Assembly: GCA_963745075.1 (NCBI GenBank)
Contig: CAVUWV010000011.1
Location: 32,001 to 96,000 of the forward strand
Length of the DNA stretch: 64,000 nt
Reading direction: 5' to 3'
Origin: Candidatus Hydrogenedentota bacterium
GTDB lineage: Bacteria; Hydrogenedentota; Hydrogenedentia; Hydrogenedentales; SLHB01
Positions 30,984 through 39,524 of the stretch are shown here, piece by piece. The translations under genes were made by a program, and so were the position numbers. The notes beneath the pieces are model-generated. The model made no database searches. It was not told the DNA's origin and saw only the letters and a program-made list of their open reading frames with translations. The stretch's first letter is position 1, and each line of letters starts with the position of its first letter.

Positions 30984-32915
30984 TTACCAGACGAAATACG
31001 CACCATACGCGGCGAGTGCCCAGCATGCAAACGCGCCCAGTAGCGCGGCACGAATGACTCGCCTACGACCTAACACATCGAATCCCGCCGCGCCGAGTAC
31101 GGCGAAACACGGCAACAGCCCCGTCATGTAACTGGATTTCACCACGCAGTAGTACGGGACCGTCGCGAACGTGTACAGAATACCCGCGAGAAAGGTCGCG
31201 ACGCACACGGTCGAGAGGATCAATGCGCGACGCTCCCTACTCCGTCCAAACGTGCGACATGCGCCGGCGAGCAGCATGGCCGTGGGGACCATTCCGAGCC
31301 ACACGCCGGGAAGCATCAGCCGGTAGTTCCATGGTGGGCGCTTCTCGTAGTCCAATGCGGCGCTGAGCAGGCCGTCGGACCAGAACGTGGCATAGAGCCC
31401 GTCCCAGAAGCCGTTCATGTTCGCGCAAACGGGATGGAACAAGGCCGCGCCGAAAGTAGCGAATTGATGCAGCGTACGGTAGCCGGGGTCCTGCCACCAG
31501 ATGATGCCGCGTTCCGGTTCCCAGCCGCCGTAGAACGGCTTGCCGATCAGAATCCAGTTGCGGATGAAATACCATCCTGCAACGACGAACGCGACCCCGA
31601 AGATGACGGCCGCGCCCTTCAAGGCCCTTCGTAGTCGCTTCTCTGTGGACGCGTATGCACGTACGGCCAGCGTATACACTATCCCGGGCCCCAGCAGCAC
31701 GGCGGTGACTTTGCTCAAGAGGGCGCATCCCCATGCGATTCCCGTGGCAGCAAGGGTACGCCGGTCCGGTCCCTGCCCGGGGTACAAATGGTGGAGAAGC
31801 AGAACGACGGTCACCCCCCCGAACACGCCGCTGAATGATTCGTTGCCGAGGTACTGTGACACGTAGATGTGGAGCGGCAGCAACGCGCCGAGTGTGGTTC
31901 CGAAGATTTGAAGGCCGGGCCGCTCATTCCATACCAGCCGCACGGCGCGGTAGCAGAGTTCGATGTGAAGCGCTCCGCATATAACGGGGACGATCCGCAG
32001 CGCGCGCAAGGCTTGGTCGTCGCTTAAGAACAGTGTCAGCACCCGAAAGATCGGCGCGCAGACCAGGTAGAAGAGCGGTGCCTGGAACATGGTCCACCCA
32101 TCGCTCGCCAGCGGGACGCGCCAATGCTTGGCTACGTACTTGATGTAGGCCATGTGCCCCTCGATATCGAATCCGATACTTTGGGGAAGTTTGAACAGGT
32201 TGTTTACCCCAAGCACCAAGAACGCCGCGACGAGAACCCAGCGGATCGTCGCGGGCGTAATCGTTTTTGTGAGCGTGCGCCGGCGTTCTTCCCCGAAATA
32301 CCCTCCGATGCTCACCAGCAGGAACAACGGAACGAACAGGTACCACAGCGACAGCAGCGCCTCGTCGGCGCGGGGGAAGCGTTGCGAAACGGCGTAGGCG
32401 TGGGGTGCGTCGACGGCGATGGCTGGCGTCCAGACTTTGGGATCCCGGCTGGCCTCCCAACCGGCGCCCGTGGCGATGGGTAGTTCGTCGCTGTACGCGA
32501 GCAGGCACTGGGGACCGTTACGATTTGAGACGATGAAGAGAAGTTCGTAATCGCCGGCCGGAAGCCCCTGGTCGAACGCGATCGTTTCAGGCATTTTCCA
32601 AGAGGCGCGTTGCGGATCGGTCCGGTAAATGGGTTGACCGTTCAGGTAGACGTCCGCGTTCTTCATCGTGCGAAAGGTCAGTGTGGCATGCGGAATATCT
32701 TCCGCCAGCGGAAACCTTTTGCGAAATGCCGTGGCCAGTGTTACGTCGCCAATGTAGACTTCGATCTCGGGATTCTTGAAATGAATCCACTCAGCGCCGT
32801 GCTCGGGAAAAAGATAAGGCATCTTGCTGGATCGCAGGCGCGCCAGCGCAAGCCCCGCACAAAAGACAATCGCAAGCGCTCCTACTATGACGATCCACGC
32901 CGAACGGCGTTGCAT
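30984..32915 (-). CDS. GT-C fold (PMT/ArnT-like) membrane glycosyltransferase with N-terminal extracytoplasmic domain
   Basis: FDIEGH..YI...FQAPLFY, GNE, LLSK, WYFIRN; many TM segments; start MQRRSAW. Confidence 0.75.
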   Translation of the reverse strand: MQRRSAWIVIVGALAIVFCAGLALARLRSSKMPYLFPEHGAEWIHFKNPEIEVYIGDVTLATAFRKRFPLAEDIPHATLTFRTMKNADVYLNGQPIYRTDPQRASWKMPETIAFDQGLPAGDYELLFIVSNRNGPQCLLAYSDELPIATGAGWEASRDPKVWTPAIAVDAPHAYAVSQRFPRADEALLSLWYLFVPLFLLVSIGGYFGEERRRTLTKTITPATIRWVLVAAFLVLGVNNLFKLPQSIGFDIEGHMAYIKYVAKHWRVPLASDGWTMFQAPLFYLVCAPIFRVLTLFLSDDQALRALRIVPVICGALHIELCYRAVRLVWNERPGLQIFGTTLGALLPLHIYVSQYLGNESFSGVFGGVTVVLLLHHLYPGQGPDRRTLAATGIAWGCALLSKVTAVLLGPGIVYTLAVRAYASTEKRLRRALKGAAVIFGVAFVVAGWYFIRNWILIGKPFYGGWEPERGIIWWQDPGYRTLHQFATFGAALFHPVCANMNGFWDGLYATFWSDGLLSAALDYEKRPPWNYRLMLPGVWLGMVPTAMLLAGACRTFGRSRERRALILSTVCVATFLAGILYTFATVPYYCVVKSSYMTGLLPCFAVLGAAGFDVLGRRRVIRAALLGAFACWALAAYGAYFVW

Positions 32916-32920
32916 GACGG

Positions 32921-33655
32921 TTAACGGCCTTCCAAAACGCCGCGCGAGGGGTAGAACCTGCACAACCAGACCGCCGTCTCTTCGAGCGGAATCTGTCCGG
33001 CGGCGGTACCTTCCCCGAAGGCGGCGAAAGTGAAGAGTGAGCCCAATGCAGGGAAGAACACCCGGCTCAACAGGCCCGTGTCGCCCATGCCGATGGTGAC
33101 GAGCCCCTTGTCGCGGTGCCGCAAGGTGTATTCGGCCAGCACATGCAGATCCTCGATGTTTCGGCACGTGGCCGCAACCTTCACGATGTCCGCCCCGGCG
33201 GAACTGGCGCGGTTCGCGATGTCATCGAGTGTGGCCGCTGGAGGCGTGCGCGCAAAATCGTGAAACGACACGATGGCGCACTTCTTCTGCGCGCGGGCAG
33301 CGGCAATGACCGATGCCACTATCGCGGCCGACGACAGCTCAACATCGACGGCGGCCACGCCGGGGAGGAGTGCCTTGTAGAGTGCGAGGCGCTCGTCGTC
33401 CGGCCCGTCCCATGCGCCGCCCTCGGCGGCGGAGCGAATCGTCGCGAGCACCGGGACGCCGCGAAACCGGTCGACTTCCTCACGCACACGCTCGGCTTCC
33501 CGGTTACTAAAGAAATCCACGCGCAACTCGGCGATATCCATGCCGAGTCGTTTCGCTTCCGCAATGCGTTCGGGCGGCGTGCCGTCGCGGAATGGCACGG
33601 CGATACGTGGAGTGACCCCGTCGAGTCGGAGGTCGCCCAGTTGAATGGTATTCAC
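32921..33655 (-). CDS. aroD: Type I 3-dehydroquinate dehydratase
   Basis: ELRVD, TIRSAAEGG, SFHDF..TP, ADIVKVA, IGMG..G..SR, AAGQI. Confidence 0.93.
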   Translation of the reverse strand: MNTIQLGDLRLDGVTPRIAVPFRDGTPPERIAEAKRLGMDIAELRVDFFSNREAERVREEVDRFRGVPVLATIRSAAEGGAWDGPDDERLALYKALLPGVAAVDVELSSAAIVASVIAAARAQKKCAIVSFHDFARTPPAATLDDIANRASSAGADIVKVAATCRNIEDLHVLAEYTLRHRDKGLVTIGMGDTGLLSRVFFPALGSLFTFAAFGEGTAAGQIPLEETAVWLCRFYPSRGVLEGR

Positions 33656-33829
33656 GTTTCACGATCCTTTCCTCGCCGGATTGTAGCCGTTGAACGGTCA
33701 AGGCGCCAATTCTTGGGAGGCCAAAGTGGTTTTCATTGAATGCCAGGCGGTACCCGCATATACTGCCTTGCGGGCTAGCACAAACCGACGCAATAGTGGG
33801 TACATTAGTTGTAAGCCTTGGCGTGAGAC

Positions 33830-33987
33830 AACATCCCCCTTGATCCCCCTTCAAAGGGGGAAAAAGGGCGCAACGCTTTGCGTAGCGTTGGGTCTGCCAC
33901 GAACCTTATATCGAGGCATAGACCATAACTGCACCCGAATCCCGATGTGGGCGATTCCCCCTTTGAAGGGGGATCAAGGGGGATGTT
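33830..33987. repeat. Perfect 33-bp inverted repeat pair (REP/REPIN-like)
   Basis: AACATCCCCCTTGATCCCCCTTCAAAGGGGGAA (33830-33862) and its exact reverse complement (33955-33987). Confidence 0.85.
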
Positions 33988-34065
33988 CTTCGGGTTGAGG
34001 AGCGTTCCGGACGTGTGCCCAAATTGCGAGGCGTGGTACCACGGAAATCAACGTAGGAGTCATCT

Positions 34066-35034
34066 ATGCGCGCACTGGTCACCGGCGGCGCCGGGTTTAT
34101 CGGATCCCATTTGTGCGAAGCCCTCGTGGCGCGCGGGGATGAAGTCTTCGTGCTCGACGACCTCAGCACGGGGCGATTCGAGAACATCGAACATCTCGAC
34201 GCGGTGACCTGTGTCGTGGATTCGACCTTAAATCAGGAAATCGTGCGCGATCTCATTCGCGAAGTCGACGTCGTATACCACCTCGCGGCGACCTTAGGCG
34301 TGCAGCTCGTCGTCGACGAACCCATCCGGACCATCGTCAACAACATCCAAGGCACGGAAACGATCCTCGAAGAGGCGTGCCGGTACCGACGTCGGTTGTT
34401 GCTGGCCTCCACCAGCGAGGTGTACGGCAAGAGCGACCGCGAAGTGTTCAGGGAAGACGACGACCGGATCATGGGCTCGACCCACCTGAGCCGGTGGAGC
34501 TATGCCGAATCAAAAGCTATCGACGAGTTCCTGGCGCTGGCCTATTGGCGCAGCAAGCGCTTGTCATGCGTCGTGGTGCGTTTGTTCAATACCGTGGGGC
34601 CGCGTCAAACCGGCCGCTACGGCATGGTCATCCCGCGCTTCGTCCGCGCTGCGCTGCGCAACGAACCGTTGACGGTGTATGGCGACGGCAAGCAGACGCG
34701 GTGTTTCGCCTTTGTGGGCGACGTGGTACCCGCGTTGATGCAACTCATGGATCGCAGCGATTTGAACGGTGAGATTTACAATGTCGGCAACACCGAACGG
34801 ATCACCATCATGGAACTTGCCGAGCGGGTTATCGCACGGTCGAAGAGTCGCTCAGAGATTACGTTTGTGCCCTACGATAAGGCCTATGGGGCGGGTTACG
34901 AAGATATGCGCCACCGGGCGCCCTGCCTCGAAAAGATCGGCGCGGCCATCGGCTATGAACCCAAAACGGGTTTGGATGCGATCCTGGATGCCGTCGTCGC
35001 GGAGATGCGGGGACGGCCCATCACTTCTTCCTGA
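34066..35034 (+). CDS. NAD-dependent nucleotide-sugar epimerase/dehydratase
   Basis: TGGAGFIG, STSEVYG, YAESK, RLFNTVGPRQ. Confidence 0.93.
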   Translation: MRALVTGGAGFIGSHLCEALVARGDEVFVLDDLSTGRFENIEHLDAVTCVVDSTLNQEIVRDLIREVDVVYHLAATLGVQLVVDEPIRTIVNNIQGTETILEEACRYRRRLLLASTSEVYGKSDREVFREDDDRIMGSTHLSRWSYAESKAIDEFLALAYWRSKRLSCVVVRLFNTVGPRQTGRYGMVIPRFVRAALRNEPLTVYGDGKQTRCFAFVGDVVPALMQLMDRSDLNGEIYNVGNTERITIMELAERVIARSKSRSEITFVPYDKAYGAGYEDMRHRAPCLEKIGAAIGYEPKTGLDAILDAVVAEMRGRPITSS

Positions 35035-35185
35035 GCGGAAATCCATCTTCGTCTCCGGAAGTTCATCACCTATTATCAGTTAGACCCCGCCGCATGTGAG
35101 GCCGTGGAGAATCTAGCGTTGTCGGATTAGGAGAATCCGCAGAACGCACCCTTACGGTCATGGAATCGAAAACTGTCGAAGCGGT

Positions 35186-35399
35186 GTAGTCCGCATTTCT
35201 CACCGCCCGAAAGTCTTCGTATTGAGGAGCATTACCTTAGGCGCGGCGAGAAATGCTTTCGAGAAAGACCGTAGGCTCACTGTTGAGGAATTCTCACACG
35301 CACTCACTGAACCCCAAAAGCTCGGGCCAGCATGTGAAGCCCCAGAGCGAATTGGGGTTACAGACCCGACGATTGGAGCGTGTGAGAATTCCGGTGTAG
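35186..35399. mobile_element. Composite MITE-like repeat, copy 1
   Basis: GTAG-TCCGCATTTCTCAC ... GTGAGAATTCCGGT-GTAG with two internal hairpins; homologous to 40787-40955. Confidence 0.6.
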
Positions 35400-35405
35400 C
35401 GAGAA

Positions 35406-37259
35406 TCACCGAAACGGTTTCGCGTCCAGCGTTTGAACCTTCGCGTCCGGTGGGAGCTGGAATTCTTCCTCTTTGAACGGTTGAACGGGTCCGCCCTGCG
35501 TCCGCACCCACTTCTTTCCGTTCTCTTCCATGGTCGCGGTGACGGGGACTGGTTCGAGGTTCTTATTGTCGATCTTAACCCAGATGTTGAAGGGGTCTTC
35601 GTCGTCCGCGAATATCGGAACGATGTTTTGCGCGTAGATGGGTCCTGTCATCGCGACGACATCCAGCGCGCCGTATCCTTTCTCCTCAGGGGTGCGCACC
35701 ACGCGTGCGCGATACACGGAATAGGATGGCGGGTTGTCGGTCATCTTGAAGAGTTCAACCTTGTCCGAATTGATCTTTTTCGATAATATCGGCCAGCCAT
35801 TTCGGAGGATCTCCAGTTTCATCCCCTTCGCATTGCTGACCTTGACGACGAGGTCAGCCGGCAATCCAAGCGGTATCACGCCGCCGATCCCGACATCGGC
35901 CGGACCCAGTGTCGCCTTCGTCTTTTTCTCGTTCATGAGATTCTTGCCTTCGAGATCCTGCGCGTCGATGACGACGCGATCCTTCTTCGGCTTTACGTCG
36001 GCCGTGAAAATCATGAACGGACCGTCCGGGCTGGACGACACGACGGTGCGTCCCAGGCGCAGTCCGTTGAGAATCCCTCGAACCGACTTCTCCGGTGCAT
36101 AGACCCAAGTTACAGGCGAACCCATGGGCACGCCCGGGCTGGACGAAAGACTGCCCGCGATGGGTGCAGCCTTCAGGCCGCGAACCAATTCGTAATCCCA
36201 AAACATGCAGGCTTGCCCGTTGGCGGAAAGCTGGGTCTCGGACGCCGCACGCGAGATGGAATAGATTAGATCTTTGCCATCCTTACGGCGGCGGTATTCC
36301 GGTACGAAGGCGCTCAACGACACGGGAGGGACGGCCCGGTAGTCCCGGCACCACACCTCGACGGCGTTCACGTAGCTGAGTCCACGCTGCCAGGGCGCGT
36401 TGGGAAAGCATGGGTGGGCGATGGCGAAAATCCCTCCTTGCGCCTGAACGCGCCGGCACACTCCCTGATCGTCGCGAATGTCACTGGTCAATTCGGGGTA
36501 GGTGTGGGGACCATAAATCAGCGCCACGCCCCGGTCGTCGGTGCCCCACTCCATGGCGGGAATCAAGACGACCTTCTTGGACTGGAACTCAGGATCAAAA
36601 CATGCATCCATCGTGTTTCGATCGGTGATGGCGATGAAATCGAGGCCGCGTTTCTCGGCCCGATCCACCAGTTCTTTGACGGATTCCTTGCCACCACCGT
36701 GGATCGATCGAACGTGCAAATCACCCTTGTACCAGCCCGCTTCTTTCGACAAGACCGGCGAATCGAAGGGAATGAGTTCCGCGTGCGGGAAGCTGTCCGG
36801 ATCCGACGGGTCCGTCTTTGCGTCCAGCTCCACCCGGTCCAGCACGAGATCGCCGTCGTGGTCGAAGGCGCGAAGGGGCAAGTCGCTTCCCACGCCCAAG
36901 GTCAGTTGCGACGTGACAGTGGCGACCGCGTCTTTCTTGATCGACACCCGTTGTATATCCGTCATAATGGGGATATCCCAGTCGTACACGTATACATACA
37001 CGACGTATTCACCGACCGGAAAGGGCGTCATCAGTTTGCCTTCCTTGAGCCGGCGCGTGGAGACGTCTCCCCCGTCGAGGGGGTAGATTTCGATCTTGCC
37101 GGGAAGCTCCCGCTCGAGGATGTCCGTAACTTCCACAAACAGCGAGCCTTGCGTAGTCGTTGGCGGTGGCGCTTCGGCCCCCTGGCTTGGGACCCCGAGG
37201 ACAATGGTGGCCCAAAGCACCAGCACGGGAAAACCCCGTAGACTCATTGTTCTGCTCAT
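35406..37259 (-). CDS. Secreted CehA/McbA-type PHP-domain protein with degenerate metal site
   Basis: Signal peptide; DHDGD..LD..E....TDP.DP Ca-binding-like motif; WYKGDLHVRS, GLDFIAITDRN, IAHP, EVW. Confidence 0.8.
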   Translation of the reverse strand: MSRTMSLRGFPVLVLWATIVLGVPSQGAEAPPPTTTQGSLFVEVTDILERELPGKIEIYPLDGGDVSTRRLKEGKLMTPFPVGEYVVYVYVYDWDIPIMTDIQRVSIKKDAVATVTSQLTLGVGSDLPLRAFDHDGDLVLDRVELDAKTDPSDPDSFPHAELIPFDSPVLSKEAGWYKGDLHVRSIHGGGKESVKELVDRAEKRGLDFIAITDRNTMDACFDPEFQSKKVVLIPAMEWGTDDRGVALIYGPHTYPELTSDIRDDQGVCRRVQAQGGIFAIAHPCFPNAPWQRGLSYVNAVEVWCRDYRAVPPVSLSAFVPEYRRRKDGKDLIYSISRAASETQLSANGQACMFWDYELVRGLKAAPIAGSLSSSPGVPMGSPVTWVYAPEKSVRGILNGLRLGRTVVSSSPDGPFMIFTADVKPKKDRVVIDAQDLEGKNLMNEKKTKATLGPADVGIGGVIPLGLPADLVVKVSNAKGMKLEILRNGWPILSKKINSDKVELFKMTDNPPSYSVYRARVVRTPEEKGYGALDVVAMTGPIYAQNIVPIFADDEDPFNIWVKIDNKNLEPVPVTATMEENGKKWVRTQGGPVQPFKEEEFQLPPDAKVQTLDAKPFR

Positions 37260-37452
37260 CGCACTACTCCCGTAACCCGCAGCTACATTTATGTTGCGTT
37301 CTGCTTATATACTAGTTACAATAGGACTAGCATGAACTAGACAGTAGCTCATGTAATCACGTGAACTCACGACCGGTTTTGGCGGTTCCAAACCCGTCTG
37401 AGGATTGGGCAACGCATCGATTACGATGCGGTAATGAGAGGAGGAAGTCAAG

Positions 37453-37893
37453 ATGCTATCGAGTATCGACATCAACAGTAGTGTGGCGGTGTACGTACAG
37501 ATCGAAAACCACGTGCAGTTTGCCATCGCGTCCAGCCGGTTGAAGGCCGGTGACCAGCTTCCGTCGGTGCGCGAACTTTCCGAACGCCTCGGCGTGAACC
37601 CGAACACCGTGGCCAAAGCCTACCGGGACCTGGAGGTCATGGGGCTGCTGTATACGCGCCGTGGTATGGGCGTGTTTGTGAACAAGGGGATCGAGGCCAA
37701 GTGCCGCGAAGATTGCCGTAAGCGCATTATTGGCCGTATGCATGAGGTCGTTGCCGAGGCCAAGGCGGCCGGCATGACCAAATCGGAGGTCGGCGAAGTC
37801 GCAGATAAGAGCTACGCGTCCGACGCGGGCCCGTACAGCGCGACCCCTAATTCGCTTACCGCGCTCGCGAAGAGCAAGAAGAAGGCGAAATAA
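37453..37893 (+). CDS. GntR family transcriptional regulator, YtrA subfamily
   Basis: VYVQI, GDQLPSVRELSERLGVNPNTVAKAYRDLE, RRGMGVFV; short helical C-terminus; GAGGAGG SD. Confidence 0.93.
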   Translation: MLSSIDINSSVAVYVQIENHVQFAIASSRLKAGDQLPSVRELSERLGVNPNTVAKAYRDLEVMGLLYTRRGMGVFVNKGIEAKCREDCRKRIIGRMHEVVAEAKAAGMTKSEVGEVADKSYASDAGPYSATPNSLTALAKSKKKAK

Positions 37894-37926
37894 ATTAGAT
37901 TACTTGCGCGATACTTGTAAAACGTG

Positions 37927-37970
37927 AACTGGGTTGTCTGTGAAGCGGGCAACCCAGTTTGTGTTTTTAT
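37927..37970 (+). terminator. Intrinsic terminator after the GntR gene
   Basis: AACTGGGTTGTCTG-tgaag-CGGGCAACCCAGTT stem followed by TGTGTTTTT. Confidence 0.75.
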
Positions 37971-38096
37971 CTAAAGTGCTGTAAATAAATAATTTATGTG
38001 ATTATCTTTGTAGTCGGTTCGAGTCATTGACTGACAGATTGACCGAGACAGTGTGAAAAGCGCTTCGCTTCTCGGGTGGAATTGTGCAGAAAATAA

Positions 38097-38125
38097 TTGA
38101 CATTGTGCGACCCTTGGTCTAGACT
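38097..38125 (+). promoter_or_regulatory. Sigma70-type promoter for the recombinase-domain gene
   Basis: TTGACA-N17-TAGACT, with an A/T-rich stretch upstream. Confidence 0.7.
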
Positions 38126-38252
38126 TAGTTCAGAACACTTGGGACTGGGAATTTCACCGGTATGCCCCTTGAGACTGCCTTGGGGGGATAGAATGGTGCC
38201 TTACCGGTTGGAAATTCAGGCTGTGGCGATAGCAGACTGGCAGATAGGCGCA

Positions 38253-38813
38253 ATGGAATCGATCGAACATTCGACGAGCCCTGAACCCGCCATCGGGCAG
38301 GATGAACACCATTCTCCGGGGGCGGCCGGGGAAATGGGTGCGGTTTCACGCACCATATCCAGCGAACCGATGGACCAAACCGGGCGGTTAAGTCACGGGG
38401 CGAAGGTCAAACGGGGACAACTCAGTGCGGTGCAACAAGGCCGCTACGGCACTGGTCCGGCGCCCTACGGGTACCGGCGTGGCGAAGAGGGCGAGAAACC
38501 GCTGGTCGTTGACGACCGGGAGGCGGAAGTCGTCCGCACCATTTTCCGCGAATACCTGAACACGCGGAGTACCGGGAAGGTCGTCTCCTACCTCCATTCC
38601 CGGGGAATCTTCACGCGCAAAGGTAACAAGTGGTCTCGTCAGGCCATCGCTATCATCCTTTCCAACCGGACGTACCGCGGCCGCGTCAGCTATGGGGACG
38701 TAGAAACCCAAGGGATCCATGAGCCGATCATCGATCCGGCGTTGTTTTACAAGGCGAACGCCTTGCGGGAACGGCGCCGGCGCGGCAAGGATGCCGGCGC
38801 GAATCTGGACTGA
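38253..38813 (+). CDS. Stand-alone large-serine-recombinase 'Recombinase' DNA-binding domain protein (no catalytic domain)
   Basis: GPAPYGY...EAEVVRTIF..Y...L...GI.TR.G..WS...I..IL.N..Y.G...HEPII...LF; no Y-x-R-x-S resolvase motif. Start uncertain (38193, 38253, 38334 or 38370). Confidence 0.85.
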   Translation: MESIEHSTSPEPAIGQDEHHSPGAAGEMGAVSRTISSEPMDQTGRLSHGAKVKRGQLSAVQQGRYGTGPAPYGYRRGEEGEKPLVVDDREAEVVRTIFREYLNTRSTGKVVSYLHSRGIFTRKGNKWSRQAIAIILSNRTYRGRVSYGDVETQGIHEPIIDPALFYKANALRERRRRGKDAGANLD

Positions 38814-38843
38814 CGCCCGTCACATGAATCTTCCGTCGTGTCG

Positions 38844-38872
38844 TTGACGCCCTTTTCATGCCCCGCTATAAT
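38844..38872 (+). promoter_or_regulatory. Sigma70-type promoter for the isochorismatase gene
   Basis: TTGACG-N17-TATAAT. Confidence 0.75.
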
Positions 38873-38945
38873 CGCGTTTTGACCAAGACCCACGGCAATT
38901 CTCAACCGGTTTCTCCGGCCTTCCGGAAGATAAGGGTTCGTCTGC

Positions 38946-39485
38946 ATGCTCGATCGTAATTCTGTGGCGCTCCTCGTAATCGACTTCCAAGAGAAGCTGT
39001 TGCCCAAGATTCTGAACGGTGACTGCGTCGTCCGGCAGGCCGTCAAATTGATTCAGTTCGCGCGGACGCTGGCCCTTCCCGTCCTGGTTACGGAGCAATA
39101 TCCGAAGGGGCTGGGCCGCACCGTCGAGCCGGTCGCGAAGGAACTCGGAGCCATCGAACCCATGGAAAAGACGGCGTTCGGCTGCCTGGGGGACGCGGCC
39201 ATCGCGGCGGCTGTGGCCAATACGGGCAGGAAGCAACTCCTGCTGACGGGCATCGAGACGCACGTTTGTGTCATGCAGACCGCGCTGTCAGCCCTCGAAA
39301 AAGACTATGAAGTTTTCGTGCCCCGTGACGCGGTGGGATCCCGTCTGGAAGCGGAGTACGACGCGGGGCTTCATCGCCTTGAACGTGCCGGTGTCGAACT
39401 CGTTACCACCGAAATGGCGCTTTTTGAAATCCTGCGGGAAGCGGGAACGGCGGAATTCAAGCAAACCCTGCCCCTCATCAAGTAG
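38946..39485 (+). CDS. Isochorismatase family hydrolase (YcaC/ISOC-like)
   Basis: LLVIDFQEKL, TEQYPKGLG, GIETHVCV. Confidence 0.93.
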   Translation: MLDRNSVALLVIDFQEKLLPKILNGDCVVRQAVKLIQFARTLALPVLVTEQYPKGLGRTVEPVAKELGAIEPMEKTAFGCLGDAAIAAAVANTGRKQLLLTGIETHVCVMQTALSALEKDYEVFVPRDAVGSRLEAEYDAGLHRLERAGVELVTTEMALFEILREAGTAEFKQTLPLIK

Positions 39486-39524
39486 GACCATCGGCCGAAT
39501 CGAGGCTGCCATTGGGGGAGAATC

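Noticed and set aside
35035..35405. Recurring GAGAAT/GAGAAA motifs suggesting a CRISPR-like array
   Set aside because: No constant-length direct repeats with unique spacers and no cas genes; the motifs are arms of inverted repeats.
37894..38945. Integrated element or att site around the recombinase-domain gene
   Set aside because: No tRNA, flanking direct repeats, phage or conjugation genes found; the A/T-rich stretch is explained by a terminator and promoter.
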